Below, piece after piece: positions 56,093 through 64,000 of a stretch of DNA of 64,000 nucleotides. Below the pieces are notes generated by a model. The model saw nothing but the letters and a program-made list of their open reading frames with translations. It was not told where the DNA came from and searched no databases. A program made the translations under genes and the position numbers. Numbering within the stretch: position 1 is the stretch's first letter; each line of letters starts with the position of its first letter. Source of the DNA: Candidatus Omnitrophota bacterium (GTDB lineage: Bacteria > Omnitrophota > Gorgyraeia > 2-01-FULL-45-10); contig JBAZKH010000001.1 of NCBI GenBank assembly GCA_041650935.1, forward strand, positions 640,911 to 704,910. The letters run 5' to 3'.

Positions 56093-59000
56093 TTATGTGT
56101 GATAAATATCTACCGTCAACCTGCTCGTACGGTACTCCTGGGCAGGCGCGCCGCTAAAATCTGCCGCCAAATAGACATAAATAGCATTACCTACCGCGGT
56201 CGTCCTGGGCCAATAACCCGGAGGCGGATATGCCAGTGGAACCGGCGCGCCAAGCTCGCCGTTACTATTGATCAAAGTCCGGTAATTACGCACATACTGG
56301 TCCTTCGACCAATCAGGGTCGCTCTTATCCATCACAAAGGCAAATTCCGCCCTGTCTCCGTCATTGACCGTAGTATCGAATTCCGGGGTTTCGGCCCCAT
56401 TATAATAACCCTTCCGGGCATCCCAGACTTGCCATATCATCGGAACTCTATAGCCCGAATTCGACACTCCTATTAATCCGTTTGCCTGGGCGCCTGTTCC
56501 GGAATATTTTGGATATGCATTATCCGCCTTATTGTCGGTATATATTTGTATACCCCATGTCCCGGAACTCTTATAATCTATCTGCAGATACTGGTTTGCA
56601 AGAACTTTTGGCTGGGAGGCTGTGGCCTGCCCGAAATCTACTCCTGTGGCCTGGATACCGGACGCGCCGTCCAGTATCGCGATATCCAATTTGTCACCGG
56701 TGAGATCGACGGGGTCAAATTCCGCTTCGTCAAAATAGAGAGTGATCGGCTGTAGCGTATCCGCGGAAACAATATCGACTGCCGCTATGCTCGAAAGATT
56801 CACCGCGGCGGGAAAATCACTCAATAAGACGTGCATCTCCTGCCATACTCCGCCGGTTGCGACCGTAAACGTCATTTGCGCTTCCGTATTGCCGGAATCC
56901 CGCAGGCGAAGCGTAAATTTTTCTCCGCCATTCTCTCCCATAACCCTGAAAGATATCATGGTCGCGTCTGATATATTTGAGTTATTAAGAGCTATCGTAT
57001 TCTTCTGGCCCGGCTGTAAGATTGCTTTGCGCACTTTTCCGGCCGTGCCGTCGTATCTCAACGCGTCGACAAAGACCGTATCTCCTATGGTCAAACCGCC
57101 GTTATCAAGAGTAAGACCTCCGAATACGTTCGGCTCATGTCCGTCGCCGTAATCCAACCGGTATGTGCCCGTAATTATTTTGATCTCGGCGGAATTCGCA
57201 GATTCGGTATTATCGCTCTTTACGGACCTGACCACATAATAATACGGCGTACCATTACTAAGACCGCTGTCTGAATAGGTTACCGCGGGACCATCTACAG
57301 AGCCCGCCATTATATAAGGCCCTCCCTGCGCGCCTGAGCGATATATGTTATATTTTGCCGCGCCGTAAACGGTATTCCACCTCAGATGCGTTTTGTCTTT
57401 ACCAAAGGATGCTCCGATAACTTCGGCCGGCGGTTTAAGGACCGGCGGTATGGCCTGCGTAAGACCAAAACTATCCCACCGTATCCACCCGCTTGGGGCA
57501 GTTGTGGTAATGCCGGGATGATAGAGCGTTATTACATTCCATCCTTCATTGACATAGAATCCTTGCGTGACTACCTGGTCGCCTTCCGAAACCTGACCGT
57601 TGAAGATTAATTCGGAATTATTGACGAATATAACCAGGTTGTTCGACAATTGGTTCTGGGTATCCAAGACCTTAAAAGTGATCGTAGCGTAATCCGTAGT
57701 TTCGTTATAGAAGATTATATTACTAAAATTTTCGGTATCCTTGTCCAGCTCTTGAGAAAACGTATTTATATCGGCCCCTACATAATATGTAGAATCGAGA
57801 CGGTATTTGTTGCCAAAGAACGACTTTGGAGTAGAAGATTCATTACGCGCCATAACCCATGTATCATGAACGGATGGACTCGTTATTTCTATGTTCTGCC
57901 ATGCGAACCATTTGGCGCCGGCGGTACCGCTCTGCCACTGGAAGGCAAGCGTGTTAACCCCGGTCTTTAAGGCCGCGTTGTCTATAGCTATATATTGTAT
58001 AAGCTGCGGGTCGATACTGGAGCTATCATAAGTGAATGTTATCGACCCACCGTCGATATCGTTCAACTTTATACCGAGCGTAACCGTATGACTCCCGAGC
58101 GCTTTATTCACAAATTGGTGTATTGTAAGTAGATACGCCTTGTTTTCTACGGAATCCAGGTTAAACTGTACGGTCTGCGAAGGATTTTCCGCGCTCACCT
58201 GCCCCATATGAAAATTCGAATTACTATCCGGGTCATCAACCGTAATAGCACATACATTGTCGGCAGCGAATCCTAATTTCTGTATTATGGTATCCTTCAA
58301 GGTCTTGCCCGGCTCAAGCTCGAAACCTCCGAAATTATTCCATATAAGACCGGAATCGCGGTTCTCCGCCATAATAAGCGATATGCCCATATCGATAGCG
58401 CAATAGAACGACGCTATCGGGAACGGCTCCTCATTCAGGCTACTGCCCATCCTGAACGAATTTACAAAACCGTAATCTCCCCATATCTGATAACCATAAA
58501 CGTCATACAGCTCCTTCATCTTCTTAAGGGCGCGCTGGCACTCATCCGGCAGCATGGCTATCGATCCTCCGGCCGCCGAAGGATGGACCGTACCATCGGC
58601 TCCACGCACGTCTCCCGACGGAATCGCAACGCCTGCCGGCGGGGCACCGTAAACATTGTAACTGAATCCACTGCTGTACCCGCTTGTCAATCCCCAGAGA
58701 TCTTCCTCACCCGCATAATTCGCAATATTATCGTTGCAGAACTGCTTATTTGCCTTTGTCGCCTCAACAGAGTTCTGCCACCAGTCAATACCTTCCTTAT
58801 CATATAGCGGGAGACCTGAGGCATCTTTAAAATTAAAGAAGGCCTGCGCATACTGATAAACGAAGAGCGGGCCGAACCACGACTTTACCATAGGGTTACT
58901 GTCCGCATTGTAAGTGCCAAGCTCGCGCCTGAATGCGTAGAATGTTTCGGCGGGTATCGCGTGATCGGAATCCGGAGCCGCCGCCGCAAGGATGTAGATC

Positions 59001-62000
59001 AGCATACATTCGCTTGTGTAATCCCAATGGTCGAAGAATTGATTCGCGCCGGTCCGGTCGGGGTCCCATGCGTGATACAGCTGGTTATAATACGGATTTG
59101 CCACTTCGTGGCCGTCCTGGACGGTTTTGTTTTGATCCAGGAAAGCTTTCCAGTTGATATTTTTGTATATCAGCAGGGCCTTGTCTTTCAAATCTCCGCC
59201 GAAATATTCACCGGCAGTCAGGACGCCGGCAACGAGTATTGCGGTATCGACCGTCGAAACTTCCGAGCCGGCCCATCTTTCGCCGGTTTCGATATTGACG
59301 TAATGATAGAATAAACCGTCCCTTCCCCATGTTGAAAATGTAGACGGATCAGCCGAGTTCTGATTACCCTGTATCTCGAGCAGTTTATCGAATATCAGCG
59401 TAACCCTTGCTTTCAGTTTGTCCGGGTCCGCCTCCTGCCAATCCGGATTTGTCCCGTCGCCGTAATGTTCGGCCGCAACGCACATTGCCGCAAGACCGAA
59501 TCCGGTAGCCGCCATGCTCGCCATATTGTAATGCGTGTCCCATGTCGCGTTACGGTTGGCAGGATCGACCGGCAATCTGTCACGCACAAATCCCGTGGCC
59601 GGATTATCGGTCTCATGCCAGAAATATTTGAATGAGGTTATGAGTATCTGCTCCTCGATAGTCAGACTCGCTGTAAAGAGAGCCGTTACCGACTTATTAG
59701 CGTTCATTGTTATGGTAGCGGGGTTTGTAGAGCCGGTTAGGTCGCCTGACCAATTGGAGAACGAGTATCCGCCAGCCGGCGCAGCTGTCAGGGTAACTAC
59801 TTCACCAGCAGTATAAGTGGTCTTATCTGGTGACTTCGCTATGGAACCGTTAGAGGCCGTAAGAGTGAGAGTGTACGCAGGTACTTCAGTGAAGCTCGCG
59901 GCTATCGTGTGGTTTGTAGTTACATTAGTGAATGTGTAAGTGCCGCCCGAGAGCGTAACAGGCGCGCCGTCCACTAATACCTGGTCGATATTGTAACCTG
60001 TGTCGGCAGTAACCGTGAATGTCTGGCTTGCGCCATTGGCTACGCTTACAGCGCCTGAAGGCGATATGTCACCGCCGGTACCCGCTGTAGCGTTGATCGT
60101 AAGAGCCGGCAGTACTGTAAACAGAGCCGTTACCGACTTATTAGCGTTCATTGTTATGGTAGCGGGGTTTGTAGAGCCGGTTAGGTCGCCTGACCAATTG
60201 GAGAACGAGTATCCGCCAGCCGGCGCAGCTGTCAGGGTAACTACTTCACCAGCAGTATAAGTGGTCTTATCTGGTGACTTCGCTATGGAACCGTTAGAGG
60301 CCGTAAGAGTGAGAGTGTACGCAGGCGTCGAACTCTCCGTAACCGTCACATGCCATTCGAACGGTGTGGAGACTGCCGGGGTGCCGTTATCGGTCAGTAC
60401 TACCTTTATATAGTACTCGCCCTCCGGTAGAGCCAATGCGCCGCTCTGCGCGTTCTGTAGTTCCGCAAGCTCTGTATACGAACCTCCTGCCGGCTTCTTG
60501 TACCACTTGAAACTTACCGATTGCCCGCTGTCGGGATCATGATACTGTTTTACTTTAAACTCACAACTTTTAACCTCGCCCGGATGGATAGTTATGTTAA
60601 CATCCGCCGCGGCAGGGGTGATCTCGTCGATAACCGGAGCGTTATTACCGGTAACCGTCACATGCCACTCGAACTGCGTAGACATCGCCGGAGTGCCGTT
60701 ATCGGTCAGGACTACCTTTATATAGTGTTCACCCTCCGCGAGAGCCAATAGACCGCTCTGCGCGTTCTGTAGTTCCGTAAGCTCTGTATACAACCCGCCT
60801 GCCGGCTTCTTATACCACTTGAAACTTACCGATTGCCCGCTGTCGGGATCATGATACTGCGTTACTTGGAACGACTGCTGTTTAGTCTCGCCGGCCTTAA
60901 CGTTAATATTGACTTCGGCCGCGGCGGGGGTAAGCGCATCTATGACCGGCGCGTGATTCGCGGCATCGCTGACGACTTCGACCGCCCAGGTAAACGAGGA
61001 AGAATTACCATTACAATCCGTAGCGGTTACGACGATCGTATAGTCGCCCGTGCCGAATATAAGCGAGAGTATGGAAAATTCACTCGGCGTACCGTTTATC
61101 ACTTCCCCGTTCACCGTCCACGTAATCGTTACCGGCGTATCGGGATCTGAAGCCGATGCCATAAATACCGTAGATTCGTTCTTGTGCAATGTTACGGAAG
61201 ATTCGCTGGGAGTTACCGTCAATACGGGAGGCGTACCGCTGACTGTAATCGTTATATCTTCGCTATCCTGCAATGCGCTGGAATTATCCTCCCGCGCGAT
61301 GAAACGGAGATTCTTAACCGTGTCCTCATCGCTTTCGGCAGGAGTCCAGCTGAATACTTTATTATCGAACGCCGCGCCGACGGGTAGGCCTTCGGCTAGA
61401 TAGAGAAGCGGGTCGCCATTAGGATCGGCGGCATTGATATTGAATATAAGTTCTTTCCCCACGCCGATCGTCTTATTTCCTATAGGATCCAGCACGGGCG
61501 GCTTATTTACCGCACTGCTCACCAATATGCGCAGAGCGCTTCCGCCCACTATGATATCCAGCGCGCCGTCGCCGTTAATATCCGCCAGTTGGACATTTTG
61601 GCCTCCGATAAGCGCCGGGGTGCTCCGGTAATCCGGCAGTTTTATAGACGCGTCGATATTTTTGAATGAGCCTGCCTTATCATTCATATAAAGCGATATG
61701 CTGTCCTCTCCAAGCACTACCGCGTCCAGCCGGCCGTCGCCGTTCAGGTCTCCCAGCTTAATGTCTCTGGAATTAAAATCGTTCGCAGGCATCAGGTCGG
61801 CCGTCTTATCCGCGAATGAGCCGTCGCCATTATTCATAAGAAGCAGGTTTTGTGTAAAACATGCCACGACAAGATCTATCTTTCCGTCGCTATTTACATC
61901 GCCCGTATCCAGGACTTCGCTATATTCGCTATCGTCGGGAAGAAGCGCATTCGTAGCATCGGTAAACCCGCCTGAGCCGTTATTTATATAGACACGATTC

Positions 62001-63352
62001 CGTAAATCGCTGGAACCGACGATCTCGTTATTGGTCGTAAGGATATCGAGCCGGCCGTCGCCGTCGACGTCGCAGAATCGTATATCGGAACTGCCGTCGA
62101 TAACAGCGGGCAGGTTAAATTGCGTATCTTGTGAGAATTTGCCGGCACAATCGTTGACGAGGAGGAGGTCCTGCGAGCCATGGACCGCTACCACAATGTC
62201 GAGATAACCGTCGCCGTTTACATCGCCCAGATCGAGAGCGGCCGCGTCCTGTGCCAGAGCCGGAGTGCCGTCGGAGACGTAGGTAAACACGCCTGCGCCG
62301 TTATTCGAAAATAACTTTATAGCCTGGCCCTCGGAGTACGTAAGGAAGAGTTCCGGGAAACCGTCACCGTTAATATCGCCAAGGGCCGCATCGGTAATAA
62401 TAGAAGCGCTATTCTTAATCTCATCCGGCAGTGCCCCGTTGGTAAATCTACCGCTTCCATCGTTAACAAGCAGGTATACCTTCTTCAAAACCGTATCGAC
62501 TACCAGAAGATCCAGGTCCTTGTCGCCGTCTACATCGCCGGTCCTGATTATAGATGAATCGCTTAAACTGATCGCGGAGTCAAGGAGCGCTGTTGTCTGA
62601 TCTACAAAGACCGACCCGGCCGTATCGCCGAGTATATCGAACATCCCCATCTTGCCGCTTACCGTATCCACGCTCACCGTAATATCGGTAAACCCTTCGG
62701 GAAGCCCTTGCGGAACGGCGGCGCAAATCTGGTTAGCCGATACCACCGTTACCGTATCGGACTCGGTATCGCCGAATTTAACCGTATCTTTGGCTGTAGC
62801 GCTGAAACCTGCGCCCTGTATAGTAACGGCAACACCCGGGATAGCGCTATTTGGAGTTACGCCGGTCACGTATACCGGCGCCGGGCTGGACGAACTGCCT
62901 TCAGAACCGGTCCCGCTATCACCATCACCCGGATCATCAGTTGTGGTGGTATCTAACACGCTGCTCAGACCATAGACCACACTATCATCGTCCGAAGAAT
63001 TGGACTTTGAAGGCGCTTCAGGAGTATCGCTGGAGTTTGCTTGCAAAGAAGGGCTGGTAGATACAGTTTTTTCCTGGGGAGTATCCGGGCTATCATAATC
63101 CGATGTGTTGTTATTAGCGGTAGAATTATTCAATGGCGTAAAGTTCTGTAAGGCTGTGCCATTCCTGGATGAAGCAAGGGGAACCGAAATATTTGTCTGC
63201 GAAGATTCTTTGTCCGGCGATTGATACGCTTCCGCTACTAAAGGCGCGGCGGTAGGGGCATGGAGGATTATCTCTTTATCCCGTATCGAGACAAGAGTAA
63301 GGATCGAGATCGCCGCCAATATCCAAAACTTGATCCTTCGCATCGTCCTCAT
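56093..63352 (-). CDS. giant (2419 aa) secreted multidomain surface protein
   Basis: Domains seen: signal peptide; S/T/N-rich linker; IPT/TIG; at least 7 FG-GAP/VCBS repeats (D.DGDG..D); tandem PKD-like domains; 3 InlB-B-repeat-like domains; a six-hairpin glycosidase-like domain; Fn3. Conserved C-terminal tail AIYVYLAADFSGAPAQEYRTSRLTVDIYHT. The likely start is the ATG at 63343 (MRRIKFW), which has a better SD. Confidence 0.8.
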   Translation of the reverse strand: MRTMRRIKFWILAAISILTLVSIRDKEIILHAPTAAPLVAEAYQSPDKESSQTNISVPLASSRNGTALQNFTPLNNSTANNNTSDYDSPDTPQEKTVSTSPSLQANSSDTPEAPSKSNSSDDDSVVYGLSSVLDTTTTDDPGDGDSGTGSEGSSSSPAPVYVTGVTPNSAIPGVAVTIQGAGFSATAKDTVKFGDTESDTVTVVSANQICAAVPQGLPEGFTDITVSVDTVSGKMGMFDILGDTAGSVFVDQTTALLDSAISLSDSSIIRTGDVDGDKDLDLLVVDTVLKKVYLLVNDGSGRFTNGALPDEIKNSASIITDAALGDINGDGFPELFLTYSEGQAIKLFSNNGAGVFTYVSDGTPALAQDAAALDLGDVNGDGYLDIVVAVHGSQDLLLVNDCAGKFSQDTQFNLPAVIDGSSDIRFCDVDGDGRLDILTTNNEIVGSSDLRNRVYINNGSGGFTDATNALLPDDSEYSEVLDTGDVNSDGKIDLVVACFTQNLLLMNNGDGSFADKTADLMPANDFNSRDIKLGDLNGDGRLDAVVLGEDSISLYMNDKAGSFKNIDASIKLPDYRSTPALIGGQNVQLADINGDGALDIIVGGSALRILVSSAVNKPPVLDPIGNKTIGVGKELIFNINAADPNGDPLLYLAEGLPVGAAFDNKVFSWTPAESDEDTVKNLRFIAREDNSSALQDSEDITITVSGTPPVLTVTPSESSVTLHKNESTVFMASASDPDTPVTITWTVNGEVINGTPSEFSILSLIFGTGDYTIVVTATDCNGNSSSFTWAVEVVSDAANHAPVIDALTPAAAEVNINVKAGETKQQSFQVTQYHDPDSGQSVSFKWYKKPAGGLYTELTELQNAQSGLLALAEGEHYIKVVLTDNGTPAMSTQFEWHVTVTGNNAPVIDEITPAAADVNITIHPGEVKSCEFKVKQYHDPDSGQSVSFKWYKKPAGGSYTELAELQNAQSGALALPEGEYYIKVVLTDNGTPAVSTPFEWHVTVTESSTPAYTLTLTASNGSIAKSPDKTTYTAGEVVTLTAAPAGGYSFSNWSGDLTGSTNPATITMNANKSVTALFTVLPALTINATAGTGGDISPSGAVSVANGASQTFTVTADTGYNIDQVLVDGAPVTLSGGTYTFTNVTTNHTIAASFTEVPAYTLTLTASNGSIAKSPDKTTYTAGEVVTLTAAPAGGYSFSNWSGDLTGSTNPATITMNANKSVTALFTASLTIEEQILITSFKYFWHETDNPATGFVRDRLPVDPANRNATWDTHYNMASMAATGFGLAAMCVAAEHYGDGTNPDWQEADPDKLKARVTLIFDKLLEIQGNQNSADPSTFSTWGRDGLFYHYVNIETGERWAGSEVSTVDTAILVAGVLTAGEYFGGDLKDKALLIYKNINWKAFLDQNKTVQDGHEVANPYYNQLYHAWDPDRTGANQFFDHWDYTSECMLIYILAAAAPDSDHAIPAETFYAFRRELGTYNADSNPMVKSWFGPLFVYQYAQAFFNFKDASGLPLYDKEGIDWWQNSVEATKANKQFCNDNIANYAGEEDLWGLTSGYSSGFSYNVYGAPPAGVAIPSGDVRGADGTVHPSAAGGSIAMLPDECQRALKKMKELYDVYGYQIWGDYGFVNSFRMGSSLNEEPFPIASFYCAIDMGISLIMAENRDSGLIWNNFGGFELEPGKTLKDTIIQKLGFAADNVCAITVDDPDSNSNFHMGQVSAENPSQTVQFNLDSVENKAYLLTIHQFVNKALGSHTVTLGIKLNDIDGGSITFTYDSSSIDPQLIQYIAIDNAALKTGVNTLAFQWQSGTAGAKWFAWQNIEITSPSVHDTWVMARNESSTPKSFFGNKYRLDSTYYVGADINTFSQELDKDTENFSNIIFYNETTDYATITFKVLDTQNQLSNNLVIFVNNSELIFNGQVSEGDQVVTQGFYVNEGWNVITLYHPGITTTAPSGWIRWDSFGLTQAIPPVLKPPAEVIGASFGKDKTHLRWNTVYGAAKYNIYRSGAQGGPYIMAGSVDGPAVTYSDSGLSNGTPYYYVVRSVKSDNTESANSAEIKIITGTYRLDYGDGHEPNVFGGLTLDNGGLTIGDTVFVDALRYDGTAGKVRKAILQPGQKNTIALNNSNISDATMISFRVMGENGGEKFTLRLRDSGNTEAQMTFTVATGGVWQEMHVLLSDFPAAVNLSSIAAVDIVSADTLQPITLYFDEAEFDPVDLTGDKLDIAILDGASGIQATGVDFGQATASQPKVLANQYLQIDYKSSGTWGIQIYTDNKADNAYPKYSGTGAQANGLIGVSNSGYRVPMIWQVWDARKGYYNGAETPEFDTTVNDGDRAEFAFVMDKSDPDWSKDQYVRNYRTLINSNGELGAPVPLAYPPPGYWPRTTAVGNAIYVYLAADFSGAPAQEYRTSRLTVDIYHT
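59679..60325. repeat. intragenic tandem duplications in the giant gene
   Basis: 59679-59881 and 60123-60325 are identical over 203 bp (period 444 bp = 148 aa). 60339-60547 and 60651-60859 are about 90% identical (period 312 bp = 104 aa). Confidence 0.8.
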
Positions 63353-63370
63353 CCCCCTTTAGCGTGCCTA

Positions 63371-63441
63371 TAAAAAACCGGACTACCAATCCTGATCGAT
63401 TTGGTAATCCGGCTGCCCAGTACCAATATACCGGTACTGGG
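63371..63441 (-). terminator. tandem stem-loops with a U-tract in the leader of the giant gene (terminator/attenuator-like)
   Basis: Minus strand: GCCCAGUACC-loop-GGUACUGGGC, then CCGGAUUACCAA-AUCGAUCAGGA-UUGGUAGUCCGG followed by UUUUUUAU about 20 nt before the SD/ATG. Confidence 0.4.
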
Positions 63442-63523
63442 CCCGTGATTTTGCGCCCCCGCATTACTGCAGGTTTGCCTTTTTCAGTCAATCATTTCAA
63501 AACTATCTGCCAAGCTCTAGAAC

Positions 63524-63562
63524 TTAGCTAAACCTTCCTTAAGATAAAGAAGGTTTAGCTAA
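63524..63562. terminator. perfect 14-bp inverted repeat TTAGCTAAACCTTC/GAAGGTTTAGCTAA, 6 nt downstream of the upstream gene's stop
   Basis: Read directly. No U-tract follows on the minus strand. Either a Rho-dependent/weak terminator or a protein-binding palindrome. Confidence 0.3.
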
Positions 63563-63567
63563 TTCTA

Positions 63568-64000
63568 TTAGTCCTGCACCTCTTCGATATAAAGCTTCGA
63601 CGTCGTATAGTTCTGCGCGGGCTTATTCCTGAAATCGGCGCCAATGTAGATGTATATACCGCTGGTGAGGTTTCCCGGCACGTTCTTTGTAAAATCGCCG
63701 GCGCACGCCGCAGTAAGGTCGGGCACGACACAGTTATAGTTTGTACCGTCATAGCCCAGGCTGAAAGCAGTGGTTGCGATACTCTTATAGAGCGCCATAC
63801 CTGCAAGCGTGTTGTCGGAACCATTACTAATTATGTGAACAGTTGCCGATGTCCAGTAATCTTCCGTCCAGCTCTGGGGCATCAACCCATCACCATCCTT
63901 GTTTTCCACTGCCACGCTGCTGGTTGTAGTGCCTTTATACAACGTAGCGTTGTCAAGGGTACTGTTGATTGTCACGTATTTGTACGAATTACCCTTGTCG
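63568..64000 (-). CDS. secreted/surface protein, C-terminal part (frame open to window end); shares C-terminal domain with the giant protein
   Basis: Frame open from 64000 to the stop at 63568. Ends ...GIYIYIGADFRNKPAQNYTTSKLYIEEVQD, matching the giant protein's C-terminus. Confidence 0.5.
   Translation of the reverse strand, partial: DKGNSYKYVTINSTLDNATLYKGTTTSSVAVENKDGDGLMPQSWTEDYWTSATVHIISNGSDNTLAGMALYKSIATTAFSLGYDGTNYNCVVPDLTAACAGDFTKNVPGNLTSGIYIYIGADFRNKPAQNYTTSKLYIEEVQD

Noticed and set aside
56482-63060. Numerous plus-strand ORFs (60-150 aa) inside the giant gene
   Set aside because: Antisense to a continuous 7.2-kb ORF with clear domain content. Composition-driven.
1-64000. CRISPR arrays, rRNA genes, integrases, transposases, toxin-antitoxin pairs
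   Set aside because: None observed on manual reading of either strand. The only direct repeats are the MITE-like family and the intragenic domain duplications.

Overview
This is a 64-kb bacterial chromosomal segment of roughly mid-50s % GC, with about 90% of genes on the minus strand in long co-directional runs. The lineage cannot be assigned from the sequence alone. Several features (giant surface protein, Asp23/AmaP, AmmeMemoRadiSam B, HI0933 paralogs, a histone-H1-like basic protein) are at least compatible with an uncultivated lineage.

Most of the window is housekeeping: aroB, aroQ, accB/accC, pfk, pgi, glgP, efp, dinB, rpsU, plsC, thiC, the ADP-heptose genes gmhA and rfaE-domain-II plus a separate PfkB kinase, maf, dgt, a ThyA-family enzyme, and one tRNA-Gly(CCC). 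There is a signalling set (PilZ, HD-GYP plus orphan receiver) and a cobalamin salvage operon (cobC-cobU-cobT-cobS, a DUF71 PP-loop ATPase, a TonB-dependent receptor). That operon sits under a clear cobalamin riboswitch with terminator, and a second degenerate aptamer may lie before the receptor.

Two things are not explained by ordinary gene content. First, a three-copy family of 140-190-bp MITE-like intergenic repeats carrying 10-bp terminal inverted repeats (AAATTTTTCG ... CGAAAAATTT) and a long imperfect internal hairpin whose mismatches are conserved between copies. Two copies flank the gmhA-rfaE2-hyp-thiC block in inverted orientation. Second, the most interesting region (53.6-64 kb) is a co-directional locus of at least four secreted proteins. 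It centres on a 2419-aa multidomain surface protein with an FG-GAP beta-propeller, IPT/TIG, PKD-like and InlB-B-repeat Ig domains, a putative six-hairpin glycosidase-like domain and Fn3. Its last ~30 residues are shared almost verbatim with the C-terminus of the partial upstream gene, which suggests an undescribed C-terminal sorting or anchoring domain. It is followed by an overlapping Ig/chaperone-like secreted protein and a CBM/Fn3 secreted protein, and preceded by terminator-like tandem hairpins.

No CRISPR array, integrase, transposase or rRNA was seen. Coordinates I derived by reading positions in the sequence lines (promoters, repeats, riboswitch) may be off by a few nt. CDS coordinates follow the ORF track, with starts refined where a better start was evident.
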